A stretch of DNA of 64,000 nt from Candidatus Coprovivens sp. (GTDB lineage Bacteria; Bacillota_I; Bacilli_A; RF39; UBA660). Within the stretch, counting starts at the first letter, position 1; every line of letters begins with the position of its first letter. The position numbers and the translations under genes were made by a program. Positions 27,762-36,816 of the stretch are shown piece after piece. Below the pieces are notes generated by a model. That model made no database searches. It was not told where the DNA came from and worked only from the letters and a program-made list of their open reading frames with translations. The stretch is from contig JBJFGS010000018.1 of assembly GCA_051892935.1 (NCBI GenBank), positions 10,753 to 74,752 of the forward strand. The letters are read 5' to 3'.

Positions 27762-28250
27762 ATGTACAAAATTAACGATATAATCATCTACAAAAGAGAA
27801 GTATGTATTATTAATAAAATAAAAAATAATTACTATAATGGAAAAGACTATTATAGTGTATCACCAATTAGTGATAAAACATTAACATTAAATATTCCAA
27901 CAGATTCACCTCAAATAAAAAATCTCCTAACTAAAAAAGAAGCACTAAATATAATAGAAAAGATACCTACTATAAACGAAATAAAAGCAGATGATAAGTC
28001 ACTAGAAAACATTTACAAAGAATTATTAAGCACAGATAAAGAAGAAGACTTAGTAAAAATAATAAAGACAACGTATTTAAGAAATAAAAAGAGAGTAGAT
28101 TCAGGTAAAAAAATCGGAGATAAAGATGACATATATTTTAAGAAAGCCGAAAGTTTACTATATAATTCACTAGCTACATCACTTAATATGACATTTAACG
28201 AATGTAAAGAATATATAATTAATCACATTGATAAAAAAGAGGTGAGATAA
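27762..28250 (+). CDS. CarD-like RNA polymerase-interacting protein
   Basis: MYKINDIIIY..VC.I Tudor-like N-terminus, IP motif, LLTKKEA, KKI..D..F.KAE..L..LA.SL C-terminal helices. Confidence 0.85.
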   Translation: MYKINDIIIYKREVCIINKIKNNYYNGKDYYSVSPISDKTLTLNIPTDSPQIKNLLTKKEALNIIEKIPTINEIKADDKSLENIYKELLSTDKEEDLVKIIKTTYLRNKKRVDSGKKIGDKDDIYFKKAESLLYNSLATSLNMTFNECKEYIINHIDKKEVR

Positions 28251-28462
28251 TGTATAGTATCAACGACTCAATAACAGAATTAAACCTATCTTCAACATTA
28301 ACAAAAAAACTAAAATCATTAAATTTAAATATAATAAATGATATTTGGATATTAAAAAGAAAAGAATTAAAAGAAAAAGGACTTACTGACAATGAAATAA
28401 AAAGTATTATAATAGCTCTTCAATTAGCAGGTTTAGACCTTAATAAAAAGATATATGACTAA
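28250..28462 (+). CDS. Stand-alone RNA polymerase alpha C-terminal-domain-like protein
   Basis: SITELNLS..LK..INDI..L.RKEL..GL..I..L..GLDL pattern matches the alpha-CTD HhH fold; TAATG overlap with carD-like gene; GAGGTG RBS. Confidence 0.65.
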   Translation: MYSINDSITELNLSSTLTKKLKSLNLNIINDIWILKRKELKEKGLTDNEIKSIIIALQLAGLDLNKKIYD

Positions 28463-28503
28463 TCATATATCTTTTTATGTTATAATCTAATAGGTGAAGA
28501 TAC

Positions 28504-29163
28504 ATGAAATTAAGCAGTTTAAATAAAGAATACGATAAATTACAAAAAATATATGGTGATCCAAATCTACATTCCATATATAATGGTGGATGTGAAGAAA
28601 ACCCTGATATATGTTTTGTCTTTATGAATCCAACAGGTCGAAATATTGCATCCCTCCCTGGTTGGAAAGGACCATACCACCCTTGGTTAGGAACAAAACA
28701 AATATGGGATTTATTCTTCGCTACCAACCTTCTAGATGAAAAAATATATCAAGAGATAAAATCTCTCAAAGGAAGCGAATGGACACCAGAATTTTGTACA
28801 AAAGTCTACCAAAATATAAAAAAACACAAAATATTTATAACTAATTTAGGTAAATGTACTCAAATAGATGCACGTCCCTTAAAAGATAGTTACTTCAAAG
28901 ACTATCTCCCATTACTTGAAAAAGAAATAAAAATAATAAAACCCAAAATAATAATCCTTTTTGGTAATCAAGTGAGTTCAATCTTCCTAGATAAAAAGAT
29001 TTCAGTATCTCAAACAAGAAAAGAATACTATGAAAAAAAACTAAGTAAACAAACATATAAATGTTTTCCTGTATTCTACCCAGTAGGTAATGGTAGATTT
29101 AATATTGATAAATCAATCGAAGATATAAAATATATAATAGATAAATATATAAAGGAGAATTAA
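28504..29163 (+). CDS. Uracil-DNA glycosylase superfamily protein (atypical)
   Basis: FVFMNPTG, ITNLGKC, LEKEIKIIKPKIIILFG, FYPVG. Confidence 0.8.
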   Translation: MKLSSLNKEYDKLQKIYGDPNLHSIYNGGCEENPDICFVFMNPTGRNIASLPGWKGPYHPWLGTKQIWDLFFATNLLDEKIYQEIKSLKGSEWTPEFCTKVYQNIKKHKIFITNLGKCTQIDARPLKDSYFKDYLPLLEKEIKIIKPKIIILFGNQVSSIFLDKKISVSQTRKEYYEKKLSKQTYKCFPVFYPVGNGRFNIDKSIEDIKYIIDKYIKEN

Positions 29164-29164
29164 C

Positions 29165-29701
29165 ATGAAACTAATAATAGCATCCGATATCCACGGATCA
29201 TTAAAATATACCAAAAAATTAGAAGAACTAATTACAAAAGAAAATCCAGATACCATTATTTTACTTGGTGATTTACTCTATCACGGAGCAAGAAACGATT
29301 TACCAGATGAATATTCAACTATGGAAGTAGCAAATATCCTAAATAAATATATGTCTAAAATAATAGCTGTCCGAGGAAACTGTGATTCAGAAGTTGATAA
29401 TATGGTAACAAACTTCGATATAACATCAGATTATAAAACTATTGATATTGACGGAACACTATTCTATCTAACACATGGCCATCTATTAAATAAGTATGAC
29501 TATCTATTTAAAGATAACTACATAATATCAGGACATACACATGTCTACAATCTAGAAGGAAAACATTTAAATCCTGGAAGTGTTGGCATACCAAAAATAA
29601 ACAAAGAACATACTTGTCTATTATATAGTGATAATACTTTTAAACTTATTAACTTAGAAGACTTAAGTATAATAAAGGAACTTAAAATAAATGAAAAATA
29701 A
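29165..29701 (+). CDS. YfcE-family metallophosphoesterase
   Basis: SDIHGS, LGDLLYHGARN, RGNCD, THGH, GHTH, NPGS. Confidence 0.92.
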   Translation: MKLIIASDIHGSLKYTKKLEELITKENPDTIILLGDLLYHGARNDLPDEYSTMEVANILNKYMSKIIAVRGNCDSEVDNMVTNFDITSDYKTIDIDGTLFYLTHGHLLNKYDYLFKDNYIISGHTHVYNLEGKHLNPGSVGIPKINKEHTCLLYSDNTFKLINLEDLSIIKELKINEK

Positions 29702-30446
29702 TATAATATCTATCAATACTACAAAAGAATATTCTCTTCATGTTGATAAACTTCTAGAAAGAGGAAAAAGTATAATCTTAGAATGGTTTGAAAAACCTAA
29801 AACAGATTTTAAAGTGAATACATATATTTATCAAAATAACGAATTACTAAGAGAAGGATTAAAAAGAAGAGGATTAGGTTTATATCCTGCTCATATGGTA
29901 GCATGTATGGTCGATGAAGATGAAGAAAAGGGAATAAGAAGAAGTATTAACTTATATGAACCTCCAATTATATCAGAAATATCATATACAAAGAAAGAAT
30001 ATGATAGCGTAATCTTTCATGAATTAATTCATTATATAACAAATGTTTTATATGGCAAATTACCTGAATGGCTTACAGAAGGTATAGCTAAATACTTAGA
30101 TGGCACATATAAAGAAGATTTAACTAATTTAATAGCAATTATTGAAACCTATGAAATTCCATCAATAAGTGATATGAAAGATGATTTTTTTGTATATAAA
30201 AAATACGAAAAAATCAAAACACCTAATGGTGAAGAACTAAAAGAAATAACCATATATGATGGATATGATCTAAGTTATTTAATGGTAAGATATATAATCG
30301 AAGTATATGGTAAAGACTATCTATTAACACTATTATCTACTAAAGATAATATTACTAAAATAGAGCAACAAACATTAATTGATGCGATAGAATATTATAA
30401 AAATATTTATTTTACAGAAAATACTATAAAAAATAGAAAAATATAG
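29691..30446 (+). CDS. Putative zinc metallopeptidase (gluzincin, HExxH + E)
   Basis: FHELIH followed by LPEWLTEGIA and Y..SYLMVRYI. Confidence 0.75.
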   Translation: MKNNIISINTTKEYSLHVDKLLERGKSIILEWFEKPKTDFKVNTYIYQNNELLREGLKRRGLGLYPAHMVACMVDEDEEKGIRRSINLYEPPIISEISYTKKEYDSVIFHELIHYITNVLYGKLPEWLTEGIAKYLDGTYKEDLTNLIAIIETYEIPSISDMKDDFFVYKKYEKIKTPNGEELKEITIYDGYDLSYLMVRYIIEVYGKDYLLTLLSTKDNITKIEQQTLIDAIEYYKNIYFTENTIKNRKI

Positions 30447-30472
30447 TATAATAATGCTAGGTGGGTGGTATC

Positions 30473-31408
30473 ATGAGGTTGAAGTACATCGACGGACTAA
30501 TGGGCTTCGTAATAGGCGATGCTATGGGAGTACCTTTAGAATTCAAAAGTAGAGAAGAACTATTAAAAAAACCAGTTACCAAAATGATTGGCTACGGAAC
30601 TCATAATCAACCAGAAGGAACTTGGTCAGACGACACATCAATGATGATTGCGACAATCGACTCAATAAATGCCAAAAATGGTATCGATTTATACGATATT
30701 GCCTTAAAGTTTGCTGCTTTTAAAAATCATGCTCAATACACACCAAATAGAGAAGTATTCGACATTGGTGGTACTTGCGCAAAAGCTATAGATAAATTTG
30801 AAGAAGCCCACGAAGATCCAACACAATGTGGTCTAACCGATATAAATTCTAACGGAAACGGCTCTCTAATGCGAATCTTACCAATAGCTTATTACGCAAT
30901 AGCTAAAAAATTAAAAGATTTTGAAATATTAGACTTAGTAAGAAAAATATCATCAATTACTCACGCCCACGATATAAGCGTAATGGGATGTTATATATAT
31001 ACAAGATTTGCTATTTTCCTTTTAAATGGTAAAGATAAGTATTCAGCATATAGCATGACAAAATGTGTAGATTATACAATGTTTAGTGTAGAAGCTCAAG
31101 AAGCATATAGTAGATTATTAAAAGAAGATATAGGTAAACTAACCATTAAAGATATAAAGTCAAGTGGATACATAGTTGATACTTTAGAAGCTGCTATATG
31201 GGTGCTCCTAAAATCAGAAAACTATAAAGAAGCTATAATAGGTGCAATAAACCTTGGAGAAGATACAGATACAATCGGAGCACTAACAGGCGGACTTGCA
31301 GGCATAGTATTTGGATACGACTACATACCTGAAGAATGGAAAAACAAAATAGTCAGAAAAGAATACCTACTAGATATCTTTGAAGAATTTAGCGAAAACA
31401 AATATTAA
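30473..31408 (+). CDS. ADP-ribosylglycohydrolase family protein
   Basis: GDAMGVPLEF, WSDDT, GNGSLMR, THAH, GEDTDTIGA. Confidence 0.93.
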   Translation: MRLKYIDGLMGFVIGDAMGVPLEFKSREELLKKPVTKMIGYGTHNQPEGTWSDDTSMMIATIDSINAKNGIDLYDIALKFAAFKNHAQYTPNREVFDIGGTCAKAIDKFEEAHEDPTQCGLTDINSNGNGSLMRILPIAYYAIAKKLKDFEILDLVRKISSITHAHDISVMGCYIYTRFAIFLLNGKDKYSAYSMTKCVDYTMFSVEAQEAYSRLLKEDIGKLTIKDIKSSGYIVDTLEAAIWVLLKSENYKEAIIGAINLGEDTDTIGALTGGLAGIVFGYDYIPEEWKNKIVRKEYLLDIFEEFSENKY

Positions 31409-31497
31409 TAAGGAGTCATCTCCTTTTTTTTATGTATTTATAATACTTATAAAATAAGATTTATGATATAATTCTAATTAGAAAGTAGGAAAAAAAT

Positions 31498-32172
31498 ATG
31501 TTATTAGAAAGTTATATATACTCAATGCCAGATTTTATAGATATATTTTTATTATTATTAATAACCTTTGTTGTTATAGGTTTATATATTATTCGAAAAA
31601 AAGGTAGTCCAGAAAATGATATATATAAAAGTAATGAAACATTATTAAAAAAATACAACATAACAAATAAAGAAGTGTTAACTAAAGAAATATTTAATCT
31701 TTTTTCATCAACTGAAGAAGCAAGAACTCGTGAGGACAAAAAAGCAATAGAATACCTATGTAGCCAAGAACTATCTAAGCAATATATTAAAGAATTATCT
31801 AATCTTCATGAAATGGAACTAGAATACACAAATAAAAATTATGAACTAGTAACATTAAAATTAAAAGAAATAAAAGAAGAAAATAACACTTTAAAAATAA
31901 CGGCAGTTATCAAAACAAAATGTATATCTTATGTACAAAGTACTGAAGGCGAAATGTTAGATGGAGATATAGATGATAAAGAAGATAGAACAAATACCAT
32001 TATTGTAAAAAAAGATTTAAATAAACCAACAGTAAACTGTTTAAACTGTAATGCTCCTTTAGAAGAACAAGCAGAAAATAAATGTCCATATTGTAATACG
32101 CCATTTAACTATAAATCAACCAAATGGACAATGCTATCTAACAAAAAAGGTGACTTATATGAAGAAAAATAA
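31498..32172 (+). CDS. Membrane-anchored Tim44-like protein with C-terminal zinc ribbon
   Basis: N-terminal TM; NTF2/Tim44-like middle; CLNCNAP..CPYC..W. Confidence 0.65.
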   Translation: MLLESYIYSMPDFIDIFLLLLITFVVIGLYIIRKKGSPENDIYKSNETLLKKYNITNKEVLTKEIFNLFSSTEEARTREDKKAIEYLCSQELSKQYIKELSNLHEMELEYTNKNYELVTLKLKEIKEENNTLKITAVIKTKCISYVQSTEGEMLDGDIDDKEDRTNTIIVKKDLNKPTVNCLNCNAPLEEQAENKCPYCNTPFNYKSTKWTMLSNKKGDLYEEK

Positions 32173-32872
32173 AAATATTTTAATATCCATTTATTTAATA
32201 GGTATTATACTAGTACCATTAATAATCCATGCATTTCCACCAATTATTTTAATCGTAACACTTATATTTATATTTTCTCCAATCTTTGCTTATTTTAATG
32301 AAATACATTGGACTAACGGAAAATACAAAAACAAATATCGTATTCTAAGTGACAAAAGTATTAGTGATTTAGGCATTGAAAACAAAGAAGAAACAATCGA
32401 AGAACTACAAGATTTACTATCAAAATTCTTAATTGAATACACAAAAGTTAATATTGAAGAACTAAAAAAATATAGCGTAGAATTAGCTTTCCATAATGCT
32501 AAGTATCATCTTGAAAACAATGAAAAACCTAATTCTATAAGCAACATAAAATACCTTGATTCTAAAATATTTGAAATTCAATCAACTCACGATCTTATAA
32601 AAATATATATTCTTTTAAAAGCAGAATATAACGTAATAAATAACAAAGAAAAATCAAAACAAACTTCAACATTTGAATGCGTTTTTAAAGCAGATAATAA
32701 AAAAGAATACTTTGATAACTGCCCTAATTGTGGTGCTCCTTTAAAAAAAATATCTAATCACGAATGTGAATTCTGTAAGCAGAAAATATATCATAAAAAT
32801 TGGAAATTAGCTGAACTAAAAGAAATAAAAGAAGATTATAAAGAAATATATGAAAAGGAAAAAGAGTCTTAA
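32159..32872 (+). CDS. Membrane-anchored Tim44-like protein with C-terminal zinc ribbon (paralog)
   Basis: N-terminal TMs; CPNCGAP..CEFC..WKL. Confidence 0.65.
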   Translation: MKKNKNILISIYLIGIILVPLIIHAFPPIILIVTLIFIFSPIFAYFNEIHWTNGKYKNKYRILSDKSISDLGIENKEETIEELQDLLSKFLIEYTKVNIEELKKYSVELAFHNAKYHLENNEKPNSISNIKYLDSKIFEIQSTHDLIKIYILLKAEYNVINNKEKSKQTSTFECVFKADNKKEYFDNCPNCGAPLKKISNHECEFCKQKIYHKNWKLAELKEIKEDYKEIYEKEKES

Positions 32873-32887
32873 AAGACTTTTTTTTAT

Positions 32888-32932
32888 GAATAAAATAAAC
32901 TCCTTTCACCCTAAATACTTATGAAAGGAGTT
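32888..32932 (+). promoter_or_regulatory. sigG leader: SigF/SigG-like promoter plus RBS-sequestering inverted repeat
   Basis: GAATA-18bp-CTAAATA; AACTCCTTTCA (32898-32908) is perfectly complementary to TGAAAGGAGTT (32922-32932), which contains the RBS. Confidence 0.7.
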
Positions 32933-32935
32933 ATT

Positions 32936-33709
32936 ATGTACAATAAGAAAGTTGAAATACCAGGAGTAAATACAAGCGAATTAAAAACCTTGAGTAATGA
33001 AGAAATGACTGAATTATTTATCGCATATCAAAATGGTGATAAAACAGCCAAAGATAAATTAGTAGAAAGTAATCTTAAATTAGTTTTAAGTATCTTAAAA
33101 AGATTTAAAACTAATGAATCTAATATAAATGATCTTTTTCAAATAGGATGTATAGGTTTAATTAAAGCTATTGATAATTTCGATTTATCACTAAATGTAT
33201 GCTTTAGTACATATGCTGTATTTCTAATCAAAGGAGAAATATTACGAGCATTTCGTGATTCAACTCCCATAAGAGTAAGCCGAAGTACCAAAGATATTGC
33301 CAACAAAATCTTAGATTATAAAGAAGAATACTATAATCAACATGGGCATGAACCAACCAACGAAGAAATATCAAAAAAATTAGGAATAGATGAATACTAC
33401 ATAGGCTATGCTCTAACATCACTAAAAGAACCAATAAGTATTTATAGTCCTATATACAATGATGGTGGTGACACAATTTACTTACTAGACCAAATTGCTA
33501 CCAAAGAACCAGTTTATGATAAAGAAACATTACTATCATTAAGAAGAGCCCTAGGAAAACTAAAAGATCGTGAAAAACAAATAATATATAGTAGATATAT
33601 CTATGGTAAAACCCAAACTGAATTAAGTGAAGAACTAAACATCTCCCAAGCACAAGTATCACGAATCGAAAAAACCGCCCTTGAAAACATTAAAAAATTA
33701 GTAAAATAA
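32936..33709 (+). CDS. sigG: Sporulation sigma factor SigG
   Basis: SigG-type N-terminus KVEIPGVNTSEL; DLFQIGCIGLIKAIDNFD; PIYNDGGDTIYLLDQI; ISQAQVSRIEK. Confidence 0.9.
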   Translation: MYNKKVEIPGVNTSELKTLSNEEMTELFIAYQNGDKTAKDKLVESNLKLVLSILKRFKTNESNINDLFQIGCIGLIKAIDNFDLSLNVCFSTYAVFLIKGEILRAFRDSTPIRVSRSTKDIANKILDYKEEYYNQHGHEPTNEEISKKLGIDEYYIGYALTSLKEPISIYSPIYNDGGDTIYLLDQIATKEPVYDKETLLSLRRALGKLKDREKQIIYSRYIYGKTQTELSEELNISQAQVSRIEKTALENIKKLVK

Positions 33710-33731
33710 TGATATAATATTCATAAGAAGG

Positions 33732-34802
33732 ATGATGTTTATGAATAAGAAAAAAATACTAACCATAATAGCAATTATTATAATAATTATCTTATCAATA
33801 GTATTAATTGTAAAAAAAGAAGATGAAAAGAAAGACGAAGAACCAATAAATAAAGATTATATATTTATTAATTCCCAGAAACTAAATCAAGACTTTGAAA
33901 TAAACACTAATAATGATGGATATTCTACATTAGGAATTGCAACTAATCAAGAAGAATACGAAAAAATATTAACTCAATATAATATTAATATCGAAAATGA
34001 ATCAAAAAAAGACTATTCTAAAAATAACTATGCTCTTATTGTTATAAGATATATTGAATGTAATGAAGAAATAGAACCTAAAAACATTACGACTTCTAAA
34101 GATAAAGTAACACTAAAATTCAATGTTATTGGCTTGTGTGGCTTATGTAGCCCAAGTTACAACTTATACGAAGCCGAAATACCAAAAAACATTACATCAA
34201 AAGATAATGTTAATATAGAATATGAATACAAAAAAAGTGATTGTGATATAAATGTCGAATATAAACCAGTATTGTATCTATATCCAAAAAAGACAACAAC
34301 TATAAAAGTTAATTTTGAACATGAAGAAAGACTTACAACAACATATCCAAAATATAAAGAAGAATGGCAAGTAATTGCTAATCCTAATGGTGATTTATAT
34401 GATAGTAATAACAACTATTACTATGCCCTATATTGGGAAGAAGTTTCTAAAAGAAATATCGACTTTAGTGAAGGATTCTACGTAACAAAAGATAATGCAA
34501 TATCATTTCTTGAAGAAAAACTAACTATTCTAGGATTAAATCCAAAAGAAAGAAATGAATTCATTATGTACTGGTTACCAGTATTAGAAAACAATCAACA
34601 AAGTATAGTATATTTTGAACTAACTAAAGAACTTCAAAATAATAACAAATTAATAATAAGTCCAGAACCTGATACATTAATTAGAATAAGAATAAATATA
34701 AAGAAAGTATCAGAAAAACCAATAATCAAAGAGCAACAATTAACTAAACAAGAAAGAAACGGATTTACAGCTATTGAATGGGGTGGCGTAATCCATAACT
34801 AA
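33732..34802 (+). CDS. Hypothetical membrane-anchored exported protein (KPVLYLYP..EWGG family)
   Basis: N-terminal TM; KPVLYLYP, YYALYWE, EFIMYWLP, EWGG; own TGATATAAT at 33710. Confidence 0.75.
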   Translation: MMFMNKKKILTIIAIIIIIILSIVLIVKKEDEKKDEEPINKDYIFINSQKLNQDFEINTNNDGYSTLGIATNQEEYEKILTQYNINIENESKKDYSKNNYALIVIRYIECNEEIEPKNITTSKDKVTLKFNVIGLCGLCSPSYNLYEAEIPKNITSKDNVNIEYEYKKSDCDINVEYKPVLYLYPKKTTTIKVNFEHEERLTTTYPKYKEEWQVIANPNGDLYDSNNNYYYALYWEEVSKRNIDFSEGFYVTKDNAISFLEEKLTILGLNPKERNEFIMYWLPVLENNQQSIVYFELTKELQNNNKLIISPEPDTLIRIRINIKKVSEKPIIKEQQLTKQERNGFTAIEWGGVIHN

Positions 34803-34822
34803 AATATTTAAGTAATAAAATA

Positions 34823-34863
34823 ATAAAAACATATAATTATAATAGGTGATTATATGTTTTTAT
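34823..34863 (+). promoter_or_regulatory. Inverted repeat covering ylmC RBS and start codon, with SigE-like -10 in 5' arm
   Basis: AAAAACATATAAT (34825-34837) / ATTATATGTTTTT (34849-34861), extendable; CATATAAT resembles SigE -10 CATAcaaT. Confidence 0.6.
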
Positions 34864-35078
34864 CTGAATTACAAAGTAAAGATATTATAAGTACAAAAGA
34901 TGGCCGCCGTCTTGGAAGAATAATAGATGCCGAAATAAATAACCAAGGTCAAATAATAACTCTAGTTTTAGAAGAAAAAAAATCATTTAAAAAAATAATG
35001 ATGTCAACAAATGACTCCAAAGTTCCCTTTACCAGTATAACCAAAATAGGTGAGGATGTAATTTTAGTAGATATATGA
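34854..35078 (+). CDS. ylmC: YlmC/YmxH family sporulation PRC-barrel protein
   Basis: LSELQSKDII..DGRRLG.I.D, I.KIGEDVILVD; located downstream of sigG. Confidence 0.9.
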   Translation: MFLSELQSKDIISTKDGRRLGRIIDAEINNQGQIITLVLEEKKSFKKIMMSTNDSKVPFTSITKIGEDVILVDI

Positions 35079-35102
35079 TATAATGTAGCGGAGGTGTAAC
35101 CA

Positions 35103-35609
35103 GTGAATAAAAAAATATTAATAATAGCCATAATTGCCTTAGCACTTGATCAAATAACTAAAGTAACATTTAGCATTTTTCTTACAATAAATCAATCCAT
35201 AAAAGTAATTCCAAACTTTTTTTATTTGACTTTAGTTCATAATAAAGGAGCAGCTTGGGGAATATTTAGTAATAGTCGAGCTATAATTGCTATAGGTACG
35301 ATAATATCTTTAATTCTAATATATCATTTTATATATTGTTTTAAACAAAATAGTAGAAATAATTTAGCTTTTGGGTTATTATTAGGTGGACTAGGTGGAA
35401 ACTTAATAGATCGTATATTATTTGGTTACGTAAGAGATTTTTTAGATTTTTATATTTTTAATTATGATTATCCTGTATTCAATGTAGCAGATATAGCTAT
35501 AGTACTAGGTGTAATCTTATTAATAATAGCAGTAATAAAGGGGGAAGATGTTAATGAAAATAATAGTAACAGAAAACAAAGAAAGACTAGACAAATATCT
35601 AGCAAATAA
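35103..35609 (+). CDS. lspA: Lipoprotein signal peptidase II
   Basis: DQITK, NKGAAWG, GNLIDR, VRDF, PVFNVAD. Confidence 0.96.
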   Translation: MNKKILIIAIIALALDQITKVTFSIFLTINQSIKVIPNFFYLTLVHNKGAAWGIFSNSRAIIAIGTIISLILIYHFIYCFKQNSRNNLAFGLLLGGLGGNLIDRILFGYVRDFLDFYIFNYDYPVFNVADIAIVLGVILLIIAVIKGEDVNENNSNRKQRKTRQISSK

Positions 35610-36450
35610 TACGGAATACTCTCGTTCAACAATTATGAAAATGCTTGATGCTGAATACATAAAAGTAAATGGTAAACAAGAAAAAGCTTCATATAAAGTA
35701 AGAATAAATGATGAAATAGAAATAAAAGATGGTTTTATCGAAGAAAATGATATTACACCAGTAGAAATGCCTATTGATATAGTATATGAAGATGATGATA
35801 TACTTGTTGTAAACAAACCAAGTGGTTTAGTAGTTCATCCTGGTTCGGGAAATTACGATAATACACTTGTAAATGGTTTAATGTATTATACTAATACACT
35901 AAGTGATATCAACGGTGAAGAAAGACCAGGTATTGTTCATCGTATTGATAAAGATACATCAGGTTTATTATTAATAGCTAAGAATAATAAATCTCATGCT
36001 ATACTTACAGAATACTTTAAAGAACATCAAAATATCAAAAGAGAATACATAGCCTTAATATGTGGCAACTTCCCTCATGAATCGGCAACAATAGATGCTC
36101 CAATAGGTAGAGATCCAAAAGATAGAAAAAAAATGACAGTTACTGCAGATAATTCTAAAGAAGCAATAACTCATTTAAAAGTACTAAAAAGATATCACGA
36201 CTACACACTAGTAAGTTTAGTTCTCGAAACAGGTCGTACACATCAAATAAGAGTACATATGAATTATATAGGATATCCTATATATAATGATCCTGTATAT
36301 AATACAAAAAAATGTACAGAATTTGGCCAATTCTTACATTCATACAAAATGGATTTTATTCATCCAATAACCAAAAAAGAGATGCACTTTGAAGCTCCAC
36401 TTCCAAAAGAATTTCAAAACTTTATAGACTCATTAGATAAAGATCTATAA
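35554..36450 (+). CDS. RluA/RluD-family pseudouridine synthase
   Basis: S4 domain RLDKYL, NKPSGLVVHP, HRIDKDTSG, GRTHQIRVH; follows lspA. Confidence 0.95.
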   Translation: MKIIVTENKERLDKYLANNTEYSRSTIMKMLDAEYIKVNGKQEKASYKVRINDEIEIKDGFIEENDITPVEMPIDIVYEDDDILVVNKPSGLVVHPGSGNYDNTLVNGLMYYTNTLSDINGEERPGIVHRIDKDTSGLLLIAKNNKSHAILTEYFKEHQNIKREYIALICGNFPHESATIDAPIGRDPKDRKKMTVTADNSKEAITHLKVLKRYHDYTLVSLVLETGRTHQIRVHMNYIGYPIYNDPVYNTKKCTEFGQFLHSYKMDFIHPITKKEMHFEAPLPKEFQNFIDSLDKDL

Positions 36451-36757
36451 TAAGATAAAATAAAAAAACAATATATATTAGATATGGAATAGATAACAAT
36501 CTATATTTATCATATGTTATCTTAATTTCATAATTCAAAAAAATTGTATTTAAAAGTAAAAAAAACATATTAACTAAACTAAATAAATAATCTTTATAGT
36601 AGAATAAAAAAACTAAAAAAGAAAATGACAAAATAAAATTAGATATAACAAAAAAGACTAAATCATTTTTCATTTTCTTTTCAAAAATAAGCCTACAAAA
36701 AAGAATAGATATCAATAATAAGACAATTAAATAAATAATAACCAATATATTAAACAT
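36422..36757 (-). CDS. Small hydrophobic membrane protein (weak TspO-like C-terminus)
   Basis: GAGGTG RBS on minus strand; about 4 TM segments; LLSIPYLIYIVF resembles TspO LL.PYL.W..F; CATATTAT upstream. Confidence 0.6.
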   Translation of the reverse strand: MFNILVIIYLIVLLLISILFCRLIFEKKMKNDLVFFVISNFILSFSFLVFLFYYKDYLFSLVNMFFLLLNTIFLNYEIKITYDKYRLLSIPYLIYIVFLFYLIIDLYLMSL

Positions 36758-36816
36758 TATCCCACCTCATATTAAATAATATGTAATAAAGATAATTATA
36801 TGAAAACGAGGAAAAC

